A DNA stretch of 64,000 bases, from contig JBDHAC010000006.1 in assembly GCA_039588275.1 (NCBI GenBank), positions 58,807 to 122,806 on the forward strand, written 5' to 3'. Each line of letters starts with the position of its first letter. The stretch's first letter is position 1. Shown piece after piece: positions 19,190 to 29,430 of this stretch. The stretch is from Gemmatimonadota bacterium (GTDB lineage: Bacteria > Gemmatimonadota > Gemmatimonadetes > Palauibacterales > Palauibacteraceae). Under the pieces are notes generated by a model, which made no database searches, was not told the origin of the DNA, and saw nothing but the letters and a program-made list of their open reading frames with translations. A program made the position numbers and the translations under genes.

Positions 19190-19908
19190 GCGGCGAACAC
19201 CGAACGGATGCGGCGCTGGACGTCGCGTGCGGCGGCCGCAGGGTCCGGTGCGTTCCGTATGGGGCGCCCGACGACGATATAATCGGCTCCGGCTTCGAAC
19301 GCCTCCTCTACATCTACGGTTCGTTTCTGGTCGTCCGCGCGGTTGAGTCCCGGGCGAATGCCCGGAACCACGATCAATAGCGCGTCCCCCAGGGCCTCCC
19401 GCAGGAGCGCCGCCTCGCGCCCGGACGCGATGACTCCGGCACACCCCAGCGCGGCCGCGCGCTGCGCGCGCGAGACGACCAGCGAGGGGATGTCGGTCTG
19501 GAAGCCGAGCGCCTTCATGTCAGCCTCATCCAGGCTCGTGAGTGCCGTTACGGCCAGGATCCCCACGTCATGTCCCGCGGCCTGGCACGCCGCATCGAGG
19601 ATCGCATCGTTGCCGTGCACGGTTACGAAGGAAATCCCCCTGCCCTTCAGCTGGCGCACGGCCGAGGCGACGGTCTGCGGGACGTCGAACAGCTTGAGGT
19701 CGGCGAACACCCTCTTCTCGTGGCGCTGCAACCACTCGGAGAGCTCGAAATAGCCGCCGCTCAGGAAGAGCTCGAGCCCGATCTTGTAGAACACGACCTC
19801 GTCCCCCAGCGCTTCGACGAGATCGCGAGCCTCTGACGGATCTGCCACGTCAAGCGCGAGGATCAGACGCTCTCGCGCCGCGATTTCACCTGTCCGTGGT
19901 GTCTGCAT
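19186..19908 (-). CDS. pyrF: Orotidine-5'-phosphate decarboxylase
   Basis: LILALD, FADLKLFDVPQTV, VPGIRP, DDQKR, IVVGRPI. Confidence 0.96.
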   Translation of the reverse strand: MQTPRTGEIAARERLILALDVADPSEARDLVEALGDEVVFYKIGLELFLSGGYFELSEWLQRHEKRVFADLKLFDVPQTVASAVRQLKGRGISFVTVHGNDAILDAACQAAGHDVGILAVTALTSLDEADMKALGFQTDIPSLVVSRAQRAAALGCAGVIASGREAALLREALGDALLIVVPGIRPGLNRADDQKRTVDVEEAFEAGADYIVVGRPIRNAPDPAAAARDVQRRIRSVFAA

Positions 19909-20290
19909 CCTCCCCCTCCGGTGGAGTCGTGCGCTCATGCCCCGCCGTGTCGCCCAGCGCATAGCGCTGTTTCATCTCGATGAAGCGCCGGTAGCTCTTG
20001 GCGTCCAGCTCAACGGTCAGGTGTCGGTCGAGGATCGGCAGGAGCGTTTCTCGCAGGTACGGGCCGCGCGCCATCCATTGAAAGTAGTGGCGCCCGCCGT
20101 GATCATACGGTCCGTATAGGCGCCCGCCCGGAAACGTCTTCTCGATCCAACGAAAGAGCGCCTCGTGATCGGTGTGCATGCGGAGCGTAACCTGTGGCTG
20201 GCGGCCGTCTCCCCCAAAATGGCCCTCGCCCACGAGGACACCGAGCAGGAATCCGATGTCGAACGCTTCGTCGTCGTGTTTCACCGTCAT
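19886..20290 (-). CDS. Single-motif LAGLIDADG-like hypothetical protein
   Basis: FLLGVLVGEGHF helix followed by beta-strand-like segments; overlaps pyrF start. Confidence 0.6.
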   Translation of the reverse strand: MTVKHDDEAFDIGFLLGVLVGEGHFGGDGRQPQVTLRMHTDHEALFRWIEKTFPGGRLYGPYDHGGRHYFQWMARGPYLRETLLPILDRHLTVELDAKSYRRFIEMKQRYALGDTAGHERTTPPEGEDADTTDR

Positions 20291-20305
20291 GTTTCCCGTG
20301 AAACG
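20290..20305. promoter_or_regulatory. parS: parS site 1
   Basis: TGTTTCCCGTGAAACG vs consensus TGTTTCACGTGAAACA; upstream of parA. Confidence 0.8.
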
Positions 20306-20362
20306 CCAGTGTCTCTCCTCCAGCCCTTTCCCGTGCCCGCGGCGCCGGTTGTTTCACCGTCA

Positions 20363-20378
20363 TGTTTCCCGTGAAACA
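20363..20378. promoter_or_regulatory. parS: parS site 2
   Basis: TGTTTCCCGTGAAACA (1 mismatch to consensus). Confidence 0.88.
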
Positions 20379-20742
20379 CTCTCGCGTCAAGGGGGCGGGG
20401 GCCCTCCGGCTCGCGTCATCGCGGGTGAGTTTCTGGTGGCGTCCGTGCGGGCCCGAACGGACCTCGAATCGCCGCCTTCCGGCGCCTTTGGGGGCACGTA
20501 AAGCGCCCGGATCCCCGCGAGTGGTCGCCCGATGTACGCGCGCACCTTATATTCGGCCGCAGCCCGGGCGGTCATCCGCTCTCGCGAACATTCCGGGCAC
20601 CGGGGTCTGTCAACGTAAGTGCTTCATGTATAACAGTTTACGTTGTTTCGAGTCACTCTGTCGTTAGGGCGCCGCGTCACTCGGGCCGGGCGGGCCGGTG
20701 GCACGAGGGTCGGATACCGGTAGATCGATGAGTCGAGGGGGG

Positions 20743-21528
20743 ATGGGCCGCGTCATCACGATCGCGAACCAGAAGGGCGGTGTGGGAAAGACCACGACCG
20801 CGATCAATCTGGGCGCCTCGCTCGCGATCGCCGAGCGCCGCACTCTCGTGATCGACTGTGATCCGCAGGGGAACGCGACGAGCGGCTTCGGACTGAGGAA
20901 GGACAGCTCCCGGCTTTCCGTATACGACTGCCTGGTCAACGGCCGATCACTCGCCGAGGCCGTACGTGACGAAGTGCACTTCCCCTTTCTGAGCGTGATC
21001 CCGGCGAGCCGCGACCTGGCGGGCGCGGAAGTCGAGCTCATCGATCGGCCCAACCGCGAGCGTATCCTCCGGCAGCGGTTGATGCAGCTAAAGGCGGGAT
21101 TCGACTACATCCTGATCGATTCCCCTCCCTCTTTGGGTCTGCTGACCCTGAACGCTCTCGCGGCCGCCGACACCGTGCTGATCCCCATCCAGTGCGAGTT
21201 CTACGCCCTCGAGGGCTTGAGCCAACTGCTCAACACGGTCCGGCTCGTCCAGCGCAACATCAACACGGAGCTGGAGATCGAGGGCGTGTTGCTGACCATG
21301 TACGATTCGCGGCTCAACCTCGCCAAACAGGTGGCGGCCGAGGCGCGCGAGTACTTCGGCGGCAAGGTGTTCGACACGATGATCCCGAGAAACATCCGCC
21401 TGGCCGAGGCCCCGAGCTTCGGGCAACCGATCGCGCTGTACGATGTCCTGTCGACGGGAGCCCGCGGCTACCTCAGCCTGGCGCGCGAGTTGATCGATCG
21501 AGACGAGGGGGTTCGGAAGGTTGGCTAA
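20743..21528 (+). CDS. parA: Chromosome partitioning ATPase ParA/Soj
   Basis: NQKGGVGKTTT, DPQGNAT, IPIQCEFYALEGL, LAEAPSFG. Confidence 0.98.
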   Translation: MGRVITIANQKGGVGKTTTAINLGASLAIAERRTLVIDCDPQGNATSGFGLRKDSSRLSVYDCLVNGRSLAEAVRDEVHFPFLSVIPASRDLAGAEVELIDRPNRERILRQRLMQLKAGFDYILIDSPPSLGLLTLNALAAADTVLIPIQCEFYALEGLSQLLNTVRLVQRNINTELEIEGVLLTMYDSRLNLAKQVAAEAREYFGGKVFDTMIPRNIRLAEAPSFGQPIALYDVLSTGARGYLSLARELIDRDEGVRKVG

Positions 21529-22420
21529 GAGTGACAGACGGCTCGGCAAGGGGCTGGCGGCGCTCATGGGGGAAGAGACGTTCGACGAGTCCGCAGTGAG
21601 GATACCCGAACGAGAGGTGTCCATCGATCGGGTTCGAGCCAATCCGTTCCAGCCGCGCTCGAGTCTCGAGGGCGAGTCGCTGGACGAGTTGACCGAATCG
21701 ATCCGGCACAACGGCCTGCTTCAGCCGCTGGTGGTCCGCCCTGCCGGGGACGGTTACGAGATCGTTGCGGGCGAGCGGCGTTGGCGAGCGCTCATGCGGT
21801 TGGGGTGGGAGACCGCGCCGATCGTGTCACGCGATTTGACGGATGAGCAGATGCTCGTCCTCGCGCTCGTCGAGAACCTGCAGAGAGAGAACCTCTCTCC
21901 GCTCGAAGAGGCCAGGGGGTATCAACAGCTGATCGAGGAGTTCGACCTGACGCAGGAGGACATCGGCCGCCACGTCGGTCGGGACCGCTCTACGGTCGCG
22001 AACAGCCTGAGGCTGCTGAGCCTGCCGGATGAGGTCCGAGAGCTGCTCGCTGCGGGCGGGATCTCGGCCGGCCACGCGAGGGCGATACTCGGTCTTCAGG
22101 ATCCGCGGAGCCAGATCGACCTCGCTCGTGCCGTGGCGAGCGAGGGGCTGTCGGTTCGCCAGACCGAACGCCGGGTGAGGGCCAAGGGGTCCCGCAAGAA
22201 GAAGCGGAAGCGTCGAGCCGTGACCGCCTCCACCGCACGCGATCCCGTTGCCAGGAGAGCGGAGCTCGTACTCCAGCGCGCGCTCGGGACCCAGGTCCGG
22301 ATCCACCAAGCCGCCGACCACACGGGCGAGATCCGCATCCCGTTCCACGATCACGAGGATCTCGCTCGTCTCCTCCACCTGCTCGGAGGCGATGAGGGCG
22401 CAGAGACGCTTTCGACGTGA
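21521..22420 (+). CDS. parB: Chromosome partitioning protein ParB/Spo0J
   Basis: LGKGL, NPFQPR, IVAGERRWRA, ENLQRENL, HTH RSTVANSLRLL. Confidence 0.98.
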   Translation: MAKSDRRLGKGLAALMGEETFDESAVRIPEREVSIDRVRANPFQPRSSLEGESLDELTESIRHNGLLQPLVVRPAGDGYEIVAGERRWRALMRLGWETAPIVSRDLTDEQMLVLALVENLQRENLSPLEEARGYQQLIEEFDLTQEDIGRHVGRDRSTVANSLRLLSLPDEVRELLAAGGISAGHARAILGLQDPRSQIDLARAVASEGLSVRQTERRVRAKGSRKKKRKRRAVTASTARDPVARRAELVLQRALGTQVRIHQAADHTGEIRIPFHDHEDLARLLHLLGGDEGAETLST

Positions 22421-23238
22421 ACGAGAACCACGGCGGGTGGACCGTTCACCTCGTCCGGCAGGATGGAACCGAGACCCACACGCTCAGGCTGAAGCGATCC
22501 GCATGGGTCTGGTCGATCGTGGGCGTCGCGACCGCCCTGCTCTCGGTCGGGGTCCTCCTCGGACGGGCGTGGGCGAGCCGCATCGAGTCGGCGGAAGCGC
22601 GACGGCTGGATGCCACGATCGCCGAGCTGACGGACCGTCAAGCCCAGGTGGCGGAGCTCAACGCCCGCCTCGAGCGCATAGAGTCTGACTATCTCCGCAT
22701 CCAGCGAGCGCTCGGCGCTGAAGCACCGGGCACGGCGGGCGGCGTCGTGCTGCCCGTGCCCACCTCGACGCCGGCGCGCGGCGTTCCCGCCGATCCCGCG
22801 GCGTCCGCCCCCGCCTGGCCCCTCGCGCAACGCGGGTTTCTCACGCGCACGTTCGGTTCGCGTACCGAGGCGTCGAGATCGGGACACCCGGGGATCGATA
22901 TAGCAGTCCCGCTCGGGTCGTACGTCCGTGCCATGCTCGGGGGGATAGTGGAGGAGTCCGGGCGCGACTCCGTGTACGGCTTCTTCGTTCGGATTGCGCA
23001 CGGTGACGGGATCTCATCATTGTATGGGCACAATTCGTGGTTGTTCGCGGCGATGGGGGACAGCGTAGAGAGACTGCAGGTCATCGCTCTGTCCGGGAAC
23101 ACAGGGCAGTCGACGGCCCCACATCTGCACTTCGAGGTCGAGCGAGAAGGTGAGCTCCTCGATCCGCTCACCTACGTGGCGGACGGTGGAAGCGTCGACG
23201 GCGGGGCACGGGGACGGAACGGTGTGGAACCGAGGTAA
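22417..23238 (+). CDS. M23 family metallopeptidase (TM plus coiled coil)
   Basis: HPGID, YGHN, STAPHLHFE. Confidence 0.92.
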   Translation: MNENHGGWTVHLVRQDGTETHTLRLKRSAWVWSIVGVATALLSVGVLLGRAWASRIESAEARRLDATIAELTDRQAQVAELNARLERIESDYLRIQRALGAEAPGTAGGVVLPVPTSTPARGVPADPAASAPAWPLAQRGFLTRTFGSRTEASRSGHPGIDIAVPLGSYVRAMLGGIVEESGRDSVYGFFVRIAHGDGISSLYGHNSWLFAAMGDSVERLQVIALSGNTGQSTAPHLHFEVEREGELLDPLTYVADGGSVDGGARGRNGVEPR

Positions 23239-23242
23239 GGAA

Positions 23243-23713
23243 ATGGCGAAAGAGCAACGGAGCGAGGGTCCGGTTCGAGAGATGAGCGACGTCGTCTCGG
23301 TGGTGGGACCAGGCATGGAGACCGTGGGCGACATCAAGTGCGACGGTACCGTCCGCGTCGAGGGAAAGGTCGAAGGGTCGATACGAGCCACGAAATCCGT
23401 GGTCATCGGCAAGGGTGGCACCGTGGCCGGGGATATCGAGACGCAGGATGTCGTCATCGCTGGCAGCGTGACGGGCACCGTGACGGGAGCGAGCCGCGTC
23501 GAGCTTCAAGAGACGTGCAGCGTCGAGGGCGACATCCGCAGCCGCCGCGTGAAGTTGGACGAGGGAGGCCGTGTGGAGGGCCGTCTGCTGATGGGAACCG
23601 AAGCGGCCCGCCCCGGAGCCAAGGACCGACCCGCACCGGGCGCCGAGAAACGGCCCCCTGTGGCCTCGGAGAGCGCGCCGGCGCCAAACCTGTCCGCGAC
23701 CGGGAGCAAGTAG
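23243..23713 (+). CDS. Bactofilin (polymer-forming cytoskeletal protein)
   Basis: VVGPGMETVGDIKCDGTVRVEGKVEG beta-helix repeats; alternative GTG start at 23222. Confidence 0.92.
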   Translation: MAKEQRSEGPVREMSDVVSVVGPGMETVGDIKCDGTVRVEGKVEGSIRATKSVVIGKGGTVAGDIETQDVVIAGSVTGTVTGASRVELQETCSVEGDIRSRRVKLDEGGRVEGRLLMGTEAARPGAKDRPAPGAEKRPPVASESAPAPNLSATGSK

Positions 23714-23735
23714 CGGTCCCGGCCTCGCCGGTCGG

Positions 23736-23801
23736 TTTTCCACAGTTTTCCACAACCGGCTTGGAATGCGTCTGCCTAGCGGGATCCGACGCTTTTCCAC
23801 A
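23736..23801 (+). promoter_or_regulatory. Cluster of three DnaA boxes
   Basis: TTTTCCACA at 23736, 23746 and 23793 (fits TTWTNCACA). Confidence 0.7.
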
Positions 23802-23917
23802 ACCGGGCCAGCGCCTGGAGCACCCTCGGTGCACATCCGACTCGCGCCCGTCGAGTCACCCATCATCGCCCCCACTGGGCTATTGTTGAACGCTGTACAT
23901 TTGAATGAACACCGCCG

Positions 23918-24904
23918 GTGCTGAGAGAGAGCCTTCTCTTCGCAGCCGGCCTGGTCCTGCTGACGCTGGGCGCCGATTGGCTGGTGCGCGGAGCCGCCGC
24001 CCTCGCGAAGCAACTGGGAGTGAGCCCGTTGCTCGTCGGGCTGACCGTCGTGGCCTTCGGGACCTCGGCCCCGGAATTGGTGGTGAGCGGGGCGGCGGCC
24101 GTCCGGGAGCAGGCGGGCCTCGCGGTGGGCAACGTGATGGGATCGACGGTGGCAAACGTCGGCCTGATCGTAGGGGTGGGCGCGCTCCTTCGGCCGATCG
24201 CCGTGCACAGGCGGCTACTCGTGCGCGAGACGCCACTCGTCATTCTGGTACTGACCATCGTCATGCTCTTGTCGCTGAACGATGCCGTGGGGCGCCCGGA
24301 CGGCCTGGCGCTCATCACGGGCTTCTTCGTCTACCTGTGGTTCCTGATGGCCTGGGCGCGCGGCGAGCGCGAGGGCCGAGGCACGCATGGGGCCGACACC
24401 CTAACGGATCTCGTCACCGTGCCGAGCGCGCCGCCTACCCCCAAGCCGCGTCGGATGGGGAAGGATACGTGGGCGGCGGTGCTGGGCATCGCCTTCGGTC
24501 TACCCGGCTTGCTCATCGGCGCCCAGTGGCTCGTCGAGTCGGCGACCGAGATCGCACGCGCCTTCGATATCCCGGAGGCGGTCATCGGAGCGACCCTCGT
24601 CGCGATCGGTACCTCGCTCCCGGAGCTGGCCTCGGTCATAGCCGCCGCGGTCCGCGGCATGGGAGATATCGCGATCGGAAACGTTATCGGATCGAACGTC
24701 TTCAACCTCGGCCTCGTGCTCGGGACCGCCGCACTCCTGAAGCCCCTCGAGCTCCCCCCGCAGATCGTGGTCCGGCAGGTCCTGCCGGCGCTGGCGTTCT
24801 GCGTGCTCCTGATCCCGTTGTCCCTCACCCGCCAGCGGGTCGGCCGCTGGGAGGGCGCGCTGCTCCTGAGCGGGTACGCCGGTTTCCTGATCTGGACCCT
24901 CTGA
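23918..24904 (+). CDS. Calcium/sodium antiporter (YrbG family)
   Basis: GTSAPE and GTSLPE alpha repeats, GNVIGSNVFN. Confidence 0.95.
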   Translation: MLRESLLFAAGLVLLTLGADWLVRGAAALAKQLGVSPLLVGLTVVAFGTSAPELVVSGAAAVREQAGLAVGNVMGSTVANVGLIVGVGALLRPIAVHRRLLVRETPLVILVLTIVMLLSLNDAVGRPDGLALITGFFVYLWFLMAWARGEREGRGTHGADTLTDLVTVPSAPPTPKPRRMGKDTWAAVLGIAFGLPGLLIGAQWLVESATEIARAFDIPEAVIGATLVAIGTSLPELASVIAAAVRGMGDIAIGNVIGSNVFNLGLVLGTAALLKPLELPPQIVVRQVLPALAFCVLLIPLSLTRQRVGRWEGALLLSGYAGFLIWTL

Positions 24905-25007
24905 GCCTCATCCCGCCCTGCGGGACCCCGCGTTTCTTGTAAAGCGATATCGTAAAGCTTAGGTTGGGAGCCGACTTTTCAGGTCTCCGACAGCCGAGGA
25001 CCGGGCC

Positions 25008-25229
25008 ATGGCCGTCTCCGTCAAGATGAGCCGAAAGCACCAGATCGTCGTACCGAAGATCGCGCGGGACGCGCTGGGGCTCTCACCGGGTGACCGTCTG
25101 ACCGTCATCGTGAGGGACGGCGTGATCGAGATGGAAAAGCAGCCGCCCGATCTGGAGGACAGACTCGCGGGGGCGCTCGGCGACGTCACCGCCGACGCGA
25201 CTCTCTGGGCGGAGCTCGAAGGTGCCTAG
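25008..25229 (+). CDS. AbrB/MazE-family DNA-binding antitoxin-like protein
   Basis: KMSRKHQIVVPKIARDALGLSPGDRL; possible promoter TTGTAA-17-TAGGTT at 24937-24965. Confidence 0.88.
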   Translation: MAVSVKMSRKHQIVVPKIARDALGLSPGDRLTVIVRDGVIEMEKQPPDLEDRLAGALGDVTADATLWAELEGA

Positions 25230-25310
25230 CACCACCCTGCCCGCCCGCGCCGTCGCGACCTTGACCCGGGGCGTCACGCGGCGTGCCCGGATCCGTCGAA
25301 CGGGGACCCG

Positions 25311-25766
25311 GTGAGCCAGAGGGAGGCCCTGCGCTTGCGGCTCGACGCCGCAGAGCTGGTTCACCTCGACCCGAGGGTGTTCGCCTACCACTTGATCGGC
25401 GCGACCATCTACTCCGACCTCACCGGGGTCGTGTTCGAGGGGATGCGAAAACGCTCGTTCCGCACGCAGACATCCTCCTTCGCCCTATATCAGCTCCTCG
25501 TGGAGGTGTATCGCCGTGGCGAGCAGGCGCGAGCCGCGGAGATCTCGAAGATGATCACGGTGCACGCGGGCCTCGAATTGGTCCCCGTGACGTCGGAAGT
25601 GGCCGTACAGGCCGCTCAGGTCCGCGCGCAGTTGGGGGGGCGGCCGGAGCGGGCCGTACAGATCGCGACGGCGCTGCTGGGCGGCGCGGACGTCTATCTC
25701 ACCGAGGGATCCGGGCTCCGCAGGATCGTCGGGATGACGGTGGTCAACCTCGAAGATTACCTGTAG
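25311..25766 (+). CDS. PIN/VapC-like protein, degenerate active site
   Basis: LD..VF.Y start, AA.VRA..., A.QIATAL..GAD.YLT pattern; follows the AbrB gene. Confidence 0.75.
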   Translation: MSQREALRLRLDAAELVHLDPRVFAYHLIGATIYSDLTGVVFEGMRKRSFRTQTSSFALYQLLVEVYRRGEQARAAEISKMITVHAGLELVPVTSEVAVQAAQVRAQLGGRPERAVQIATALLGGADVYLTEGSGLRRIVGMTVVNLEDYL

Positions 25767-25962
25767 CGGCGCCCTCCAAAACCTACCGAAACGAGGTCCG
25801 AAACCGTCTCTGGCGGGCGTGGCAAACCCAGGATAGGCTATGCTGGGAGCTCGGCGCATCACGCGCGAGTTGCCGGCATGGGAGGGGGCCCTGCCGTTCC
25901 GTCTTCCGACCCGCGCCGCGTCCATGATGACGAACACAGCGGTCTTGTAGGATACTCCGAAG

Positions 25963-26640
25963 ATGAAGTGGATACGAGACTTCTACCGGTCGTCGTTGGG
26001 CAAGAAGGCCGTGATGGCGGTGACCGGCGTGCTCCTCTTCGGCTTCGTGTTGCTCCACATGTTGGGGAACCTGAAGCTCTTCCTGGGACCCGATAAGCTC
26101 AACCATTACGCCGAGGGCTTGCGAGCCTTCGGAGAGCCGATACTGGGTCACGGCGATCTGCTGTGGATCCTGCGCGTCGGCCTGCTGGCGGCTGTCGGGC
26201 TGCACATCATCTCCGCCTGGCAGCTGCGGCGGCAGAACGTCCGGGCGCGCCCCATCGGCTACGTTCGCAAGACGCATGAGGCCGCGACCTACGCCTCGCG
26301 CAGCATGTTCTGGGGCGGTGTCCTGATCGTCGCCTTCGTCATTTACCATTTGCTGCACATGACCGTGGGCAACGTGCACGCGGAATTCGTGGTCGGCGAC
26401 GTACGCCACAACATGGTGACCGCCTTCGTGAACCCGTACGTGAGCGGCTTCTACATCGTGGCCGTCCTCGCGCTCGGGCTCCACCTGTACCACGGCTTGT
26501 GGAGCTTCTTTCAATCCATGGGGTGGACGGGTCCCCGTCTCGCCGGGTTTCGCCGGAAGTTCGCCGTCGCGTTCGCCGTGCTGGTATCCGCGGGATTTAT
26601 AGCGGTGCCCGTCGCGATCCTGATCCGCCTCGTGCGCTGA
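25963..26640 (+). CDS. sdhC: Succinate dehydrogenase cytochrome b subunit
   Basis: SSLGKKAVMAVTG, heme His in LLHMLGN/GLHI/YHLLH/HLYHG. Confidence 0.95.
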   Translation: MKWIRDFYRSSLGKKAVMAVTGVLLFGFVLLHMLGNLKLFLGPDKLNHYAEGLRAFGEPILGHGDLLWILRVGLLAAVGLHIISAWQLRRQNVRARPIGYVRKTHEAATYASRSMFWGGVLIVAFVIYHLLHMTVGNVHAEFVVGDVRHNMVTAFVNPYVSGFYIVAVLALGLHLYHGLWSFFQSMGWTGPRLAGFRRKFAVAFAVLVSAGFIAVPVAILIRLVR

Positions 26641-26658
26641 AGATCTGAGGAGCTGGAG

Positions 26659-28571
<1,913 letters not shown>

Positions 28572-28572
<1 letters not shown>

Positions 28573-29336
28573 TGGATCTCGTCCTCCACGTCTGGCGCCA
28601 GCCCGGCCCTGACGCCGAAGGGCGGATGGTGCCTTACGACGCCCCCGGCGTCGATCCCGACATGTCGTTCCTCGAGATGCTGGATGTCGTGAACGAGCGG
28701 CTTCAAACCGAAGGCGAGGAGCCGATCGTCTTCGACCACGATTGTAGAGAGGGTATCTGCGGCACCTGCGGCATGATGATCAACGGGGTCGCACATGGTC
28801 CCCTGGGCGGCACGACCGTATGCCAGCTCCACATGCGTCACTTCTCCGACGGCGACGAGATCTGGATCGAGCCCTGGCGCTCCGCGGCCTTCCCGGTGCT
28901 CAAGGACCTCATGGTGGATCGCTCCGCACTCGACCGGATCATCCAGGCGGGCGGCTATATCTCGGTGAACACCGGCAGCGCCCCCGATGCGAACGAGGTC
29001 CTGGTGCCCAAGTCCGACGCCGATCTGGCGTTCGAGGCGGCGGCGTGCATCGGGTGCGGCGCGTGCGTCGCGCAGTGCCCGAACGGGGCGGCGCACCTGT
29101 TCACAGCCGCCAAGGTCTCTCACCTGGGCCTCCTCCCGCAGGGCCAGCCCGAGCGCCGGATCAGGGTCGAGCGGATGGTGGCGCAGATGGAGGCCGAGGC
29201 GTTCGGCTCCTGCACGAACCACCAGGAGTGCGAGATCGTGTGCCCGCAAGAGATCTCGATCGATTACATCGCACGGATGAACCGGGACTTCCTCGGGACG
29301 CAGCTCCGCGGCCAGGCGCAGGCAAAGGCCGGCTAG
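28572..29336 (+). CDS. sdhB: Succinate dehydrogenase iron-sulfur subunit
   Basis: [36 protein letters not shown] overlaps sdhA stop. Confidence 0.97.
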
Positions 29337-29430
29337 CGGGTAGCCCGAGGGCTTCAGGGCATGCTCCGGCACCCCGGGCGGTCACGCCGGGGCGCGGCGG
29401 GCCACACGGGCTGGCCGGGGCCCGAGCTGG

